A DNA stretch of 32,000 nt from Candidatus Saccharimonadota bacterium (GCA_039920285.1 JBDSDX010000001.1:540001-572000), one strand, 5' to 3'. Shown: positions 1-8,982, numbered from the stretch's first letter. The notes: generated by a model from the sequence alone, not told the origin. Numbers and translations: made by a program.

Positions 1-1
1 C

Positions 2-682
2 CGCGGTGGAGGTGTCAAACGACATCACCGTCTCATGACTCACAACCTACCAGCTGGTACCGTTGCGACTATTGAGCAGATTGAATATGACCCAAACCGT
101 AGTGCGCGTATCGCTCGTATTAAAGACCAAGATCAAAACTACCACTACGTCCTTGCTGACACAGCAATGACCGTTGGAAAAGTGATCAAGAGCGGTGCAG
201 ATGTCCCTGTTGAATCTAGCAACCGTATGCCATTGGCAAACATCCCTGTTGGTTCACAGATCTACGCAATCGAGATTAACCCAGGTAAGGGAGCCCAAAT
301 GGTTCGCTCAGCTGGGACAAAAGCTCAGTTGATGGCGAAAGAAGGCGACTACGCCCAAGTCCGTCTCCCTTCAGGTGAAGTCCGTCGATTCCGTCTCGAA
401 GCAACTGCTGCCCTCGGTATTGTTGGAAACGTCCAACACCAGAACATTAAGATCGGTTCTGCTGGTCGTAACCGACGCAAGGGTATCCGTCCATCTGTTC
501 GTGGTGTTGTTATGAACGCCGCAGATCACCCACATGGTGGTGGTGACGGTGGACGTCATGGCCCAGGTAAAGCACCACGTACACCATGGGGTCAATTGAC
601 CCTTGGGTACCGAACACGTCGACGTAAAGATGTCGCCGGACTAATTGTAAGATCACGCCACGAAGCGAAGAGGAAACGATAA
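2..682 (+). CDS. rplB: 50S ribosomal protein L2 (C-terminal part; 5' end lies upstream of the window)
   Basis: The frame is open from the window edge. The translation carries the L2 C-terminal signature ...[30 protein letters not shown]...PWG. Its stop overlaps the rpsS ATG, and its position matches the S10 operon order. Confidence 0.97.
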   Translation, partial: RGGGVKRHHRLMTHNLPAGTVATIEQIEYDPNRSARIARIKDQDQNYHYVLADTAMTVGKVIKSGADVPVESSNRMPLANIPVGSQIYAIEINPGKGAQMVRSAGTKAQLMAKEGDYAQVRLPSGEVRRFRLEATAALGIVGNVQHQNIKIGSAGRNRRKGIRPSVRGVVMNAADHPHGGGDGGRHGPGKAPRTPWGQLTLGYRTRRRKDVAGLIVRSRHEAKRKR

Positions 683-945
683 TGAGTCGATCACTGAAAA
701 AAGGTCCATTCATTGACTTCAAGCTGGCCAAGAAAGTGGCTGCTCTAAGTCTGGAAGACCGCACGATTATTAAAACGTGGGCACGCGCTAGCACGATCAC
801 TCCAGAGATGGTTGGACGTACTATTGCTGTTCACAACGGTAAAGTTCATGTCCCTGTTCTCGTTTCTGAGAACATGGTTGGCCATAAGTTAGGCGAATTT
901 AGCCCAACTCGTAAGTTCCGTAAACACGGAGGCAAGGCGAAATAA
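682..945 (+). CDS. rpsS: 30S ribosomal protein S19
   Basis: 87 aa, [12 protein letters not shown]...HNGK.H.PV...[12 protein letters not shown], a typical S19. It follows rplB. Confidence 0.97.
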   Translation: MSRSLKKGPFIDFKLAKKVAALSLEDRTIIKTWARASTITPEMVGRTIAVHNGKVHVPVLVSENMVGHKLGEFSPTRKFRKHGGKAK

Positions 946-947
946 TC

Positions 948-1349
948 ATGGCTGACAATACTACCGTACGCGCATATGCGAAAAACGTTGATCAAACTCC
1001 CCGCAAGGTTAGCCTTGTTGCGAGCTTGGTGCGTGGTCGGACAGTTGCAGATGCAATCGTCATTTTGAACCACACTCCAAAGAGAGCTGTTCGCCCACTT
1101 ATTAAAGTGATCGAAAGTGCTCGAGCAAACGCAGTCAACAATCACGGATACGATGGTAAAACACTCGTTATCTCGACATTGTCTGTCACTACTGGCACAA
1201 GGTTGAAGCGATTCACCCCTGCAAGCCGTGGCCGTGCACTGCCTTTCCAAAAGAAATCTGCCAACATTCTCATTGAAGTATCTGGCGAATTGAAACCTAA
1301 GAAGCCTGCAGCTCCAAAAGCTGTCGCAGCGAAAGAGGAGAAGAAATAA
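948..1349 (+). CDS. rplV: 50S ribosomal protein L22
   Basis: 133 aa with the L22 pattern (SPRKV.LVA.LVRG..V..A..IL....K.A...) and a Lys/Ala-rich tail. The synteny is correct. Confidence 0.95.
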   Translation: MADNTTVRAYAKNVDQTPRKVSLVASLVRGRTVADAIVILNHTPKRAVRPLIKVIESARANAVNNHGYDGKTLVISTLSVTTGTRLKRFTPASRGRALPFQKKSANILIEVSGELKPKKPAAPKAVAAKEEKK

Positions 1350-1978
1350 TGGGCCAAAAAGTAAACCCAATCAGCTTCCGACTCCAGGTCCACAAGAACT
1401 GGGACTCACGCTGGTTCGCACCGAAAAAAGACTTCGCTCGCTTGCTTATTGAAGACATCCGCGTCCGTGCTGCAGTTGAAAAACGATTTGAAAGTCGTCC
1501 AACTATTAGCCGCGTTGAGATTGAACGTTCACCAAACCTCATGACCGTCACGATCCACACTGCAAAAGCAGGTGTCGTCATTGGTCGTGGTGGTGCTGGT
1601 GTGACTGAACTGAAGGCTGAGCTCGAGAAGATTGCGAGCTTACCAGTTCGTATTAACATCGAAGAAGTGAAGCGTCCTGACATGTCAGCAAAATTAGTCG
1701 CTGAGAACATCGCTCACCAGCTTGAACGCCGCGGTAACTTCCGTCGTGCCACTAAAATGGCCGCACAGAATACTATGGCTGCTGGTGCAAAGGGTGTTCG
1801 TATCCAGGTTGCTGGACGACTGAACAACGCTGAAATGGCTCGTCGTGAAAAAGTTATCCTTGGTTCAGTGCCACTGCACACGATTCGTGCTGATATTGAC
1901 TTCCATACCGCACGTGCAAAAACACCTGCCGGTATCATTGGTGTCAAAGTATGGATCTATAAGGGCGAGAGAGGTTAA
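1349..1978 (+). CDS. rpsC: 30S ribosomal protein S3
   Basis: 209 aa starting [12 protein letters not shown], with KH-domain motifs. Its start overlaps the rplV stop. Confidence 0.97.
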   Translation: MGQKVNPISFRLQVHKNWDSRWFAPKKDFARLLIEDIRVRAAVEKRFESRPTISRVEIERSPNLMTVTIHTAKAGVVIGRGGAGVTELKAELEKIASLPVRINIEEVKRPDMSAKLVAENIAHQLERRGNFRRATKMAAQNTMAAGAKGVRIQVAGRLNNAEMARREKVILGSVPLHTIRADIDFHTARAKTPAGIIGVKVWIYKGERG

Positions 1979-1983
1979 TCGAT

Positions 1984-2397
1984 ATGTTACTTCCAAAGAA
2001 AACTAAGTATCGAAAAGTCCGTAAGGGCAAAAACGAAGGAAATGCCACTCGTGGCAACTATGTCGCTTTTGGCGACTACGGTCTTCAATCTCAAGAAAAT
2101 AGCGATATTACCTCACGCCAGATCGAAGCATCACGTCAAGCGATGACTCGACACATCAAACGTGGTGGTAAAATCTGGATCCGTATCTTCCCACACATTC
2201 CACGTACTCGTAAACCACAGGACGTGAAGATGGGTAGCGGAAAAGGTAACCCAGAGTTTTGGGTCGCATTGGTCAAACCTGGAACAGTTATGTTCGAGAT
2301 GAAGGGTGTTGAGGAATCAGTAGCTCGCGAAGCGATGCGCCTGGCTGCTCACAAACTTCCAGTTAAGACTAAATTCGTGATGAGGGAGCAAGCATAA
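1984..2397 (+). CDS. rplP: 50S ribosomal protein L16
   Basis: 137 aa, [11 protein letters not shown]...[13 protein letters not shown]...RMGSGKG.PE.WVA.VKPG, a typical L16. Confidence 0.97.
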   Translation: MLLPKKTKYRKVRKGKNEGNATRGNYVAFGDYGLQSQENSDITSRQIEASRQAMTRHIKRGGKIWIRIFPHIPRTRKPQDVKMGSGKGNPEFWVALVKPGTVMFEMKGVEESVAREAMRLAAHKLPVKTKFVMREQA

Positions 2398-2645
2398 TGG
2401 CTGACGTAAAGAAAACCACGACGAAGGCTCCTAAGGTCACAAAGAAGGCTAATGAAGTGAAGACAGTCGATCAACTAAGGGATGATTTGGTGAAAGCAGA
2501 TGCTGCACACCTTGAATCACGGAAGAGTCACCGCCTCGGCGAACTCGTCAATCCTCACGTTTTGACTGTTCAACGTAAAGACATTGCCCGATTACACACT
2601 GCAATCAACGCCGCACACCGCTCAGCAATTAAGGAGGAAAACTAA
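2397..2645 (+). CDS. rpmC: 50S ribosomal protein L29
   Basis: 82 aa lying between L16 and S17. It has an L29-like helical core (LR..L......L...K..H.LG.L.NPH....RKDIAR..T) and a start overlapping the rplP stop. Confidence 0.9.
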   Translation: MADVKKTTTKAPKVTKKANEVKTVDQLRDDLVKADAAHLESRKSHRLGELVNPHVLTVQRKDIARLHTAINAAHRSAIKEEN

Positions 2646-2646
2646 T

Positions 2647-2922
2647 ATGGCGAAGCAACTCACCGGTATTGTCACCTCTGATAAGGCTGACAAAACTATC
2701 ACTATCACGGTCACAAGCCGCGAGACTCACCCAATTTATGGCAAGCAGTACACTGTGAGTCGTAAATATACTGCTCATGATGAAAAGAATGAAGCGCACA
2801 TGGGCGACAAAGTAACTATTTCTGAAACTCGACCAATTTCAAAGACAAAGTCTTTTAATTTGATCAGTGTTAACGAAAAGTCACACGGTTCAATTGAACT
2901 GAAGGACGAGGGAGAAGCATAA
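2647..2922 (+). CDS. rpsQ: 30S ribosomal protein S17
   Basis: I chose the internal ATG at 2647 ([20 protein letters not shown]...), which gives a typical S17 N-terminus. The track ORF start at 2584 overlaps rpmC. Confidence 0.93.
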   Translation: MAKQLTGIVTSDKADKTITITVTSRETHPIYGKQYTVSRKYTAHDEKNEAHMGDKVTISETRPISKTKSFNLISVNEKSHGSIELKDEGEA

Positions 2923-2923
2923 T

Positions 2924-3292
2924 ATGATTCAACAAGAATCTCGTCTGAAAGTTGCTGATAACTCTGGTGCTAAGGAAATCCTTTGTATCCGTGTTCTCGG
3001 TGGAACTCGTCGACGTTACGCTCACGTTGGTGACATCATTGTCGCTACTGTGAAAGAGGCTAACGCGACTGGAACCGTAAAGAAGAAATCAGTCATCAAA
3101 GCTGTTGTTGTTCGAACCCGTAATCAAATCCGCCGTAAAGACGGAAGCACGATTGTGTTCGATGACAATGCTGCAGTGATTATTAACGATGATAAAACAC
3201 CTAAGGGTACTCGTGTCTTCGGACCAGTACCTCGCGAACTGCGTGACCTTGGCTATGCTAAGATCATCAGCCTTGCACCGGAGGTACTCTAA
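2924..3292 (+). CDS. rplN: 50S ribosomal protein L14
   Basis: 122 aa, [25 protein letters not shown], the canonical L14. Confidence 0.97.
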   Translation: MIQQESRLKVADNSGAKEILCIRVLGGTRRRYAHVGDIIVATVKEANATGTVKKKSVIKAVVVRTRNQIRRKDGSTIVFDDNAAVIINDDKTPKGTRVFGPVPRELRDLGYAKIISLAPEVL

Positions 3293-3293
3293 T

Positions 3294-3608
3294 ATGGCAC
3301 GTATTGTAAAAGGTGACACCGTCAAATTGATCAGCGGTGCTCAAAAGGGCACAACTGGTAAAGTTCTTGGCGTTAGCGCTAAGGGTATCCTCGTCGAGGG
3401 TATTGGCCAGAAACACCGTCACGTTAAACCAAGTCAACTCAACCCACGTGGTGCTCACAAAGACATTCATGTTGCTGTGCCTGCTCACAAGGTTGCATTG
3501 GTCGTTGATGAGAAGAGCGGCAAGACCAGCCGTGTCGGATATGTAAAAAATGCTGACGGTAAGACAGTTCGTCTTGCACGCCAAGCTAATAGTAAGGAGA
3601 TCAAGTAA
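3294..3608 (+). CDS. rplX: 50S ribosomal protein L24
   Basis: The ATG at 3294 gives MARIVKGDTVKLISGAQKG..GKV (KOW motif). The longer track ORF from 3189 overlaps rplN. Confidence 0.93.
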   Translation: MARIVKGDTVKLISGAQKGTTGKVLGVSAKGILVEGIGQKHRHVKPSQLNPRGAHKDIHVAVPAHKVALVVDEKSGKTSRVGYVKNADGKTVRLARQANSKEIK

Positions 3609-4186
3609 TGGCATCAGCTACTACTACCGCTCCTCGCCTGAAAGCCTTGTACAGTACTCAGTACGCCAAGGAACTACAAGCCGAACTCGGACTTTCGAAC
3701 ATCCACCAAGTGCCTAAGCTCGAAAAAATTGTAGTCAGCGTTGGAATCGGTAAGAACAAAGACGACAAGCACCACTACGAAGTTGTGCGTAACACCGTTA
3801 CCAAGGTCACTGGACAACACCCAGTTGATCGTATGGCAAAGAAATCAATCGCTGGATTCAAGATTCGTGCCGGCATGAACCGTGTTGGACTCAGTGTGAC
3901 GCTTCGTGGAGCTCGTATGTACGAATTCCTCGATCGACTCGTTAATATCTCATTGCCTCGCGTTCGTGACTTTCACGGCGTCAGCAAGAGTGCTTTCGAC
4001 CAAGCTGGGAACTACAACCTCGGCGTCACCGATCAATCAATCTTCGCTGAACTTAGTTTCGAGGAAACACAACATATTCATGGTCTCCAGATCACCTTTG
4101 TTATCAAAGCTGGAAATAAAGTGAACAGTCGTGCATTACTTGAAAAATTCGGAGTCCCATTTGAGAAGGAAGGAGGCATTCGCTAA
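3608..4186 (+). CDS. rplE: 50S ribosomal protein L5
   Basis: 192 aa with PRLK..Y......L......N.HQVP.L.KIV...G, a typical L5. Confidence 0.96.
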   Translation: MASATTTAPRLKALYSTQYAKELQAELGLSNIHQVPKLEKIVVSVGIGKNKDDKHHYEVVRNTVTKVTGQHPVDRMAKKSIAGFKIRAGMNRVGLSVTLRGARMYEFLDRLVNISLPRVRDFHGVSKSAFDQAGNYNLGVTDQSIFAELSFEETQHIHGLQITFVIKAGNKVNSRALLEKFGVPFEKEGGIR

Positions 4187-4455
4187 TGGCTAAAACATCA
4201 GCCGTCGCTCGCGACGAGAAACGAAAGAAAATGATTCTGAAGTATGCTGCAAAGCGTGCCGAATTGAAAGAAATGGGAGACCTCGAAGGCCTCCAAAAGC
4301 TGCCATTGAACAGTTCACCAACTCGTTGGAAGAACCGTGATATGTTACATGGTCGTCCGCGCGCATATATGCGTCGTTTCGGCCTCAGCCGTATTAACTT
4401 CCGTGAACAGGCTTCAGCTGGCCGAATTCCGGGCATCACTAAGAGTAGCTGGTAG
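4186..4455 (+). CDS. rpsN: 30S ribosomal protein S14 (long, Cys-free C- form)
   Basis: 89 aa, [15 protein letters not shown]...RNR....GRPRAY.R.FGLSR..FRE.A..G.IPG..KSSW. It has no CxxC zinc-ribbon motifs. Confidence 0.93.
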   Translation: MAKTSAVARDEKRKKMILKYAAKRAELKEMGDLEGLQKLPLNSSPTRWKNRDMLHGRPRAYMRRFGLSRINFREQASAGRIPGITKSSW

Positions 4456-4469
4456 GAAAGGAAAACGAT

Positions 4470-4871
4470 ATGTCACTACAAACTACAGACCCAATCGCTG
4501 ACCTTCTCACCCGCATTCGTAATGCTGTCATGGTTGGAAAAAGCGAAATCACCGTTCCATCAAGTAAATTGAAGGTTACCGTTGCCAAAGAACTGAAAAA
4601 AGCCGGCTACCTGACGGCAGTCAAGGTTGAATCAGCAAAACCACGGGACATTTTGATGATTACCATCAATAACCCTGGTGAAAACTCAACAATTAGCGAA
4701 ATTACCCGACTTTCAAAACCTGGTCGCCGCGTATACGTGAGTGCAACCGAGATCCCACGTGTCAAATCTGGTCGTGGAATTGTGTTGATTAGTACCAGCA
4801 AGGGCGTCATTACCGGCAGCGAAGCTTACAAGCAACGCCTCGGTGGTGAACTGCTACTGAAAGTTTATTAG
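4470..4871 (+). CDS. rpsH: 30S ribosomal protein S8
   Basis: 133 aa starting DPIADLLTRIRNA, with the ending ...GGELL..VY typical of S8. Confidence 0.96.
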   Translation: MSLQTTDPIADLLTRIRNAVMVGKSEITVPSSKLKVTVAKELKKAGYLTAVKVESAKPRDILMITINNPGENSTISEITRLSKPGRRVYVSATEIPRVKSGRGIVLISTSKGVITGSEAYKQRLGGELLLKVY

Positions 4872-4886
4872 AAGAAAGGATAGATC

Positions 4887-5420
4887 ATGAGTCGAATCGG
4901 AAAACTACCAATTCAAATCCTGCAAGGCGTGACAATCACGGTCGCTGATGATGCTATTACTGTCGTTGGTCCAAAAGGCCAACTCGTAGTACCACATCTT
5001 TCTGACGTGACAGTTACCCTCGAAGGAGAAAACGCTATTGTCACCCGTAAGGATGACCAACGTATTGCAAAGGCCCAACACGGCCTACAACGAGCCCTCC
5101 TTAACAACGCTGTCGACGGTGTCACAAAAGGTTTCGAAAAGAAACTTGAAGTGAACGGTGTCGGTTTCCGCGTTAACGGTGGAGGCAAAGCTATTGAGAT
5201 GGCCCTCGGCTTCTCACACCCAGTTCACTACACCGCTCGCGATGGAGTTGAACTCACAGTGAACAAAATGGAAATCACCGTCACTGGTATCGACAAACAA
5301 CTTGTTGGTCAAACCGCTGCTGAGATCCGTTCATTGAAAAAGCCTGAACCTTACAAGGGTAAAGGTATTAAGTATGCCGATGAAGTGATTCTTCGAAAAG
5401 CTGGAAAGGCAGGTAAATAA
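4887..5420 (+). CDS. rplF: 50S ribosomal protein L6
   Basis: 177 aa, MSRIGK.PI..., ending PEPYKGKGI.Y..E.I..K.GK. Confidence 0.96.
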   Translation: MSRIGKLPIQILQGVTITVADDAITVVGPKGQLVVPHLSDVTVTLEGENAIVTRKDDQRIAKAQHGLQRALLNNAVDGVTKGFEKKLEVNGVGFRVNGGGKAIEMALGFSHPVHYTARDGVELTVNKMEITVTGIDKQLVGQTAAEIRSLKKPEPYKGKGIKYADEVILRKAGKAGK

Positions 5421-5422
5421 TC

Positions 5423-5776
5423 ATGAGTAATCTGACTAAAAAACTGCTCAACCGTGCACTTCGTTCAAGTCGCGTCCGAGCAAAGATCACCGGTACAGCC
5501 GAACGACCTCGTCTCACTGTGACAATCAGTAACAAGCACGTGAGTGCTCAGCTTATTGATGATGTTGCGATGAAGACGATTGTGTCTGCAACAACTGTCG
5601 GTACGAAGCAAACTGGTTCAATGACCGAACAAGCCGCAGTTGTCGGTACGGACATTGCCAAAAAAGCTAAAAAAGCCAAGATTAACGCAATTGTCTTCGA
5701 CCGTAACGGCCGACAATATGCACAGCGACTTGCAGCACTTGCTGATGCAGCGCGCAAGGAAGGTTTGGAGTTCTAA
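5423..5776 (+). CDS. rplR: 50S ribosomal protein L18
   Basis: 117 aa with the pattern RPRL.V..SNKH..AQ.IDD.....V.A.T, ending FDR.G..Y.GR..ALAD.AR..GL.F. Confidence 0.95.
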   Translation: MSNLTKKLLNRALRSSRVRAKITGTAERPRLTVTISNKHVSAQLIDDVAMKTIVSATTVGTKQTGSMTEQAAVVGTDIAKKAKKAKINAIVFDRNGRQYAQRLAALADAARKEGLEF

Positions 5777-5777
5777 T

Positions 5778-6338
5778 ATGGCTGACCAACGAAATAACAA
5801 TGGCCCACGTGGACGACGCGAACAAGCGCCGGCGGAGCCAAAACAATTTGAAGAGCTCGTTATCAACGTCGACCGTGTGTCTCGTGTGGTAAAGGGTGGA
5901 CGACGTTTCCGCTTCAAGGCTCTTGTCGTTGTGGGTGACCACAAAGGTAAAGTCGGTGTCGGTGTTGCTAAGGGTGCTGACGTTCAAGTCGCCATTGCTA
6001 AAGCAACTGACGTCGCTAAAAAGAACCTGATCGTTATTCCAATCATCAACGAAACCATTCCTCACGAAAATGAGGTTAAATACTCTGGTGCACGTGTGCT
6101 TTTGAAGCCTGCTGCTCCTGGTACCGGTATCATTGCTGGTGGTGTGGTTCGATCAATTATTGGTGTGACTGGTATCCGAAACTTGCTTTCGAAATCACTT
6201 AATTCAACCAATAAGGTAAACATCGCGTATGCGACAGTAGAAGCGCTCCGAAGTCTTGTTCCTAAGGACGAATGGCTCAATGCACCAAAGAAGAAAGCGG
6301 TTGCTGAAAAGCCTGCAAAAACTGAGGAGGCTGCGTAA
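5778..6338 (+). CDS. rpsE: 30S ribosomal protein S5
   Basis: The ATG at 5778 gives MADQRNN...VINV.RVS.VVKGGRRF.F.ALVVVGD..G.VG.G.GKA. The track start at 5640 lies inside rplR. Confidence 0.95.
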   Translation: MADQRNNNGPRGRREQAPAEPKQFEELVINVDRVSRVVKGGRRFRFKALVVVGDHKGKVGVGVAKGADVQVAIAKATDVAKKNLIVIPIINETIPHENEVKYSGARVLLKPAAPGTGIIAGGVVRSIIGVTGIRNLLSKSLNSTNKVNIAYATVEALRSLVPKDEWLNAPKKKAVAEKPAKTEEAA

Positions 6339-6820
6339 TGACTAAGTATAACGAACTCGACCTGACCGCAAACCGCGATCGCAAACGTGTTGGCCGTGGA
6401 ATCTCAGCTGGTGGTGGTAAAACCGCTGGCCGTGGTACTAAAGGACAGGGTGCACGTACAGGTAAAAAACTAGGTCCAACATTTGCTGGTGGTCAACGTT
6501 CACTCGTTGCAGCAGTGCCAAAGGCTCGTGGGTTTAAGAGTCGCCGTACTCCTGCTCAAGTTGTCTATCTCGATCACTTAAATGCTTTCAAAGGTAAGAC
6601 TGTCGATAACTTTGTATTGTTCGAAGAAGGCTACATCGCCTCAGCGTTCACAGCAACAAAGGTCATCGCACGTGGTGAATTGACTGAAAAAGTCACACTA
6701 CATGTCGCAGGAGCAAGTAAAAGCGTTGAAGAAGCCATCAAAAAAGCTGGTGGCGTATACGTAAAAACTCCTGTTCCACTTCGCCAAAGCACCAAAGAAG
6801 CTGAAGCAACAGACAAGTAA
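6338..6820 (+). CDS. rplO: 50S ribosomal protein L15
   Basis: 160 aa with L......R.RKRVGRG...G.GKT.GRG.KGQ. Its ATG overlaps the rpsE stop (TAATG), leaving no room for rpmD. Confidence 0.94.
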   Translation: MTKYNELDLTANRDRKRVGRGISAGGGKTAGRGTKGQGARTGKKLGPTFAGGQRSLVAAVPKARGFKSRRTPAQVVYLDHLNAFKGKTVDNFVLFEEGYIASAFTATKVIARGELTEKVTLHVAGASKSVEEAIKKAGGVYVKTPVPLRQSTKEAEATDK

Positions 6821-6837
6821 CACTTTACTTATCTATA

Positions 6838-6866
6838 TAAACACGCTCTCCGGGGCGTGTTTTATG
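6838..6866 (+). terminator. Rho-independent terminator after rplO
   Basis: Stem AACACGC (6840-6846) pairs with GCGTGTT (6855-6861) across a tctccggg loop, followed by TTTAT. Confidence 0.7.
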
Positions 6867-6895
6867 TTGCGTGTATGAAATTATTAGGGTATAGT
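6867..6895 (+). promoter_or_regulatory. Sigma70-like promoter driving the rplO-secY spacer RNA
   Basis: TTGCGT (6867-6872), a 17-nt spacer, then TATAGT (6890-6895). The predicted TSS is near 6902. Confidence 0.55.
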
Positions 6896-6901
6896 TTGCC
6901 A

Positions 6902-7395
6902 CATGATTCGCGCCCTCGGGAGTGATGATGCCAACGCAGAGTAATAAAAGGCGAAGGTTTCGTGGAAACGTCCAAAAAAATAAGCCGATATCGGCGCCAG
7001 ACCAGAGAGGTCATTTGGACGGTTAACTGGGTCAGAGAGAATGGACGGCGGATACATCTGAGATACTTCTCGATGCTTCACCGCTGTTAGTTCCTCGCTC
7101 GATGCGCACGAAGGCCATTCACGGGTAAGGGGAGTGTCGCCCCCTAGAGACGTGATAAAAACCGAGTTAAAGGAAACGCTCGGGCTGGAAAATATCGGGC
7201 ATGTGACAAGGCCAGTGTCGAGAGTGGGCTCTCCGCTGCTCACACCCTGTCGACGGATGATCGACCGCCCTCCTGCGAGACTGGAGATTAACGACGCATT
7301 CCTTCCGGAAGTGTACGTCGTGGGTGGGGCTTGGCTTAATCGTCAACGCCCCACCCGAATATTCAATTAATACAACGCCTGATTGGCGTTTTTGT
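6902..7395 (+). ncRNA. Structured non-coding RNA; best guess is a divergent, expanded RNase P RNA
   Basis: The region is bracketed by the promoter and terminator listed here, has no credible ORF, and is hairpin-rich with locally higher GC.
Colinear blocks resemble RNase P conserved regions:
- GTGGAAACGTCCAA (6962-6975), compared with GAGGAAAGUCCGGG.
- CAGAGAG (7033-7039).
- GGTAAGGG (7124-7131).
- CAAGGCCA (7207-7214).
- TTGGCTTA (7331-7338), compared with CCGGCUUA.
The putative P4 shows a compensatory change, CCAA/TTGG. No covariance-model search was run. Confidence 0.45.
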
Positions 7396-7398
7396 TTG
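7374..7398 (+). terminator. Rho-independent terminator of the spacer RNA
   Basis: AACGCC (7374-7379), loop tgatt, GGCGTT (7385-7390), running into TTTTTGTTTG. Confidence 0.7.
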
Positions 7399-7425
7399 TC
7401 CCGTCGACCGAGCCTGTAGTATAAT
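7396..7425 (+). promoter_or_regulatory. Sigma70-like promoter for secY
   Basis: TTGTCC (7396-7401), an 18-nt spacer, then TATAAT (7420-7425), about 50 nt upstream of the secY ATG. Confidence 0.5.
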
Positions 7426-7474
7426 GACTGTAAAGAGTTACTAACCTGAGAATAGATAAGACAGAAATCGACCG

Positions 7475-8887
7475 ATGAATTGGAAAACAATCTTTAGATC
7501 ACTCAAAAACCGCGACATGCAAAAGCGGTTGCTTATTGTATTAGCAATTGTTGTTGTCTACCGTTTACTCTCACATATACCTGTGCCGTTGGCGCAACCG
7601 ACTGAGCTTCGTGAGGTGATCAATAGTGTGGTGAGTAGTACCGACTTTGGTGGGTTCTTAAACCTCCTGACCGGTGGCGCGTTGTCGAGCTTCTCAATTG
7701 TCCTGGTAGGTATGACACCGTTCATTACCGCCTCTGTTATTACGCAACTTTTGACGAAAGCTATTCCGCGTCTCGAAGAACTTCATAAAGATGGTGAATC
7801 TGGTCGTCGTAAGATCAACCAGTGGACTCGTTTCGTGACTGTACCTCTCGCGATTGTCCAATCTATTGCCTTTATCTACATCCTTCGTGAGACTGTCCTC
7901 GCGGGTAATACGACTGTTCTTGCAAATGCGACGACTATAGAATGGGTTGTCGCGGTAACAGCTATGACGGCTGGCTCAGTCTTGCTGATGTGGCTTGGAG
8001 AGTTAATTACTGAGCAGGGTGTCGGTAACGGTATTAGCTTGATTATTTTCGCGGGTATTATCAGTCAACTTCCCTCAATGCTTTCAACGATCGTCACATC
8101 GCTATTTGATACAAGTGCAGGTTCACTGAATGTCTTCAATTGGTTTACACTACCGGTGAATCCATTAGTGTTCGTGGTGACGATAGCCATCGCTCTCGTG
8201 TCTTTAATACTGCTCTATGTACTGGTGAAGATCAACGAAGCACAACGCATCATCACGGTTAACTATGCAAAGCGTGTCCAAGGTAATAGTAATTATGGTG
8301 GCGTGAAGAGCATTCTCCCAGTTAAGCTTATTGCTGCCGGTGTGATCCCCGTCATCTTCGCCGTTGCATTCTTGTCACTACCAGCCTTCCTAGGACAGGT
8401 TCTAAAGGCCACAGGCAACCCTGCATATCTCGAACTGGCTAATAACTTGATTCTCTGGTTCCAGGCCCCTTCACCGGGCAAATTCACGGGTTCAACGCTC
8501 CAAGCGTTCATTTACCCAGGTGCATACTTCGCCCTCGTTATCATGTTTACGTATTTCTATACTGGAATTGTCTTTAATTCAAATGAAATCGCCGAGAACC
8601 TTCAAAAACAGGGTGGCTTCATTGAAGGTGTTCGCCCAGGTAAAACAACCGAAAAGTATCTGACGACAACCGTTAATCGATTGATCTTATTCGGATCACT
8701 CGTACTGGGTCTCATCGCAGTTACTCCATTCCTCGCTGAATACATGCTATATCACTTCGCGGGTATTTCCGGTACGAACCTCTCAATTGGTGGTACAGGG
8801 CTTCTCATCGTGGTCTCTGTTGGTCTTGAATCGCTTCGACAGATCAACTCACGTGCTCTTATGGTTACGTACGACGACTACAAGTAG
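7475..8887 (+). CDS. secY: Preprotein translocase subunit SecY
   Basis: 470 aa, polytopic. The N-terminus ...RLLIVLAIVVVYRLLSHIPVP and the GISLIIFAGI motif are typical of SecY, and the synteny position after rplO fits. Confidence 0.97.
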   Translation: MNWKTIFRSLKNRDMQKRLLIVLAIVVVYRLLSHIPVPLAQPTELREVINSVVSSTDFGGFLNLLTGGALSSFSIVLVGMTPFITASVITQLLTKAIPRLEELHKDGESGRRKINQWTRFVTVPLAIVQSIAFIYILRETVLAGNTTVLANATTIEWVVAVTAMTAGSVLLMWLGELITEQGVGNGISLIIFAGIISQLPSMLSTIVTSLFDTSAGSLNVFNWFTLPVNPLVFVVTIAIALVSLILLYVLVKINEAQRIITVNYAKRVQGNSNYGGVKSILPVKLIAAGVIPVIFAVAFLSLPAFLGQVLKATGNPAYLELANNLILWFQAPSPGKFTGSTLQAFIYPGAYFALVIMFTYFYTGIVFNSNEIAENLQKQGGFIEGVRPGKTTEKYLTTTVNRLILFGSLVLGLIAVTPFLAEYMLYHFAGISGTNLSIGGTGLLIVVSVGLESLRQINSRALMVTYDDYK

Positions 8888-8889
8888 TC

Positions 8890-8918
8890 TTGATAAATTA
8901 GTCTAAATCTGGTATAAT
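8890..8918 (+). promoter_or_regulatory. Near-consensus sigma70 promoter upstream of the orphan ORF
   Basis: TTGATA (8890-8895), a 17-nt spacer, then TATAAT (8913-8918), immediately after the secY stop. Confidence 0.6.
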
Positions 8919-8982
8919 CGTATTGTTTTTAGTGACCAAGTCGATTCACGGCGAAGCACTAATGCACCTATGACAGAGGAGA

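Noticed and set aside
371-6816. Numerous antisense or alternate-frame ORFs in the track inside the r-protein block. Examples: 371-595(-), 510-800(-), 846-1370(-), 1297-1710(-), 3337-3546(+), 4104-4439(-), 5618-5944(-), 5682-6065(-).
   Set aside because: Each is fully overlapped by an unmistakable ribosomal protein gene. Their translations are low-complexity or Arg/Ser/Cys-rich shadow products with no RBS and no recognisable motif.
6902-7395. Alternative identities for the spacer RNA: tmRNA, SRP RNA, 6S RNA, a riboswitch or leader for secY, or a group I/II intron.
   Set aside because: - tmRNA: there is no tRNA-like T-arm (GGTTCGA-type) or acceptor/CCA end, and no ...ALAA-stop tag frame.
- SRP RNA: the TTCC-GGAA-GGAA hairpin readable on the minus strand at 7299-7311 mimics the SRP helix-8 tetraloop but lacks the flanking conserved GGUCC/AGCAGC context, and the terminator polarity is +.
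- secY leader: a terminator and a fresh secY promoter follow the RNA.
- Group II intron: no domain V-like motif.
None of these was tested with covariance models.
6884-7490. Track ORFs 6884-7243(-), 7134-7370(+) and 7167-7490(-) as protein-coding genes in the rplO-secY gap.
   Set aside because: They overlap one another and have no Shine-Dalgarno. Their translations have no recognisable domain. One runs into the secY start. The region is better explained by a promoter, a structured RNA and a terminator.
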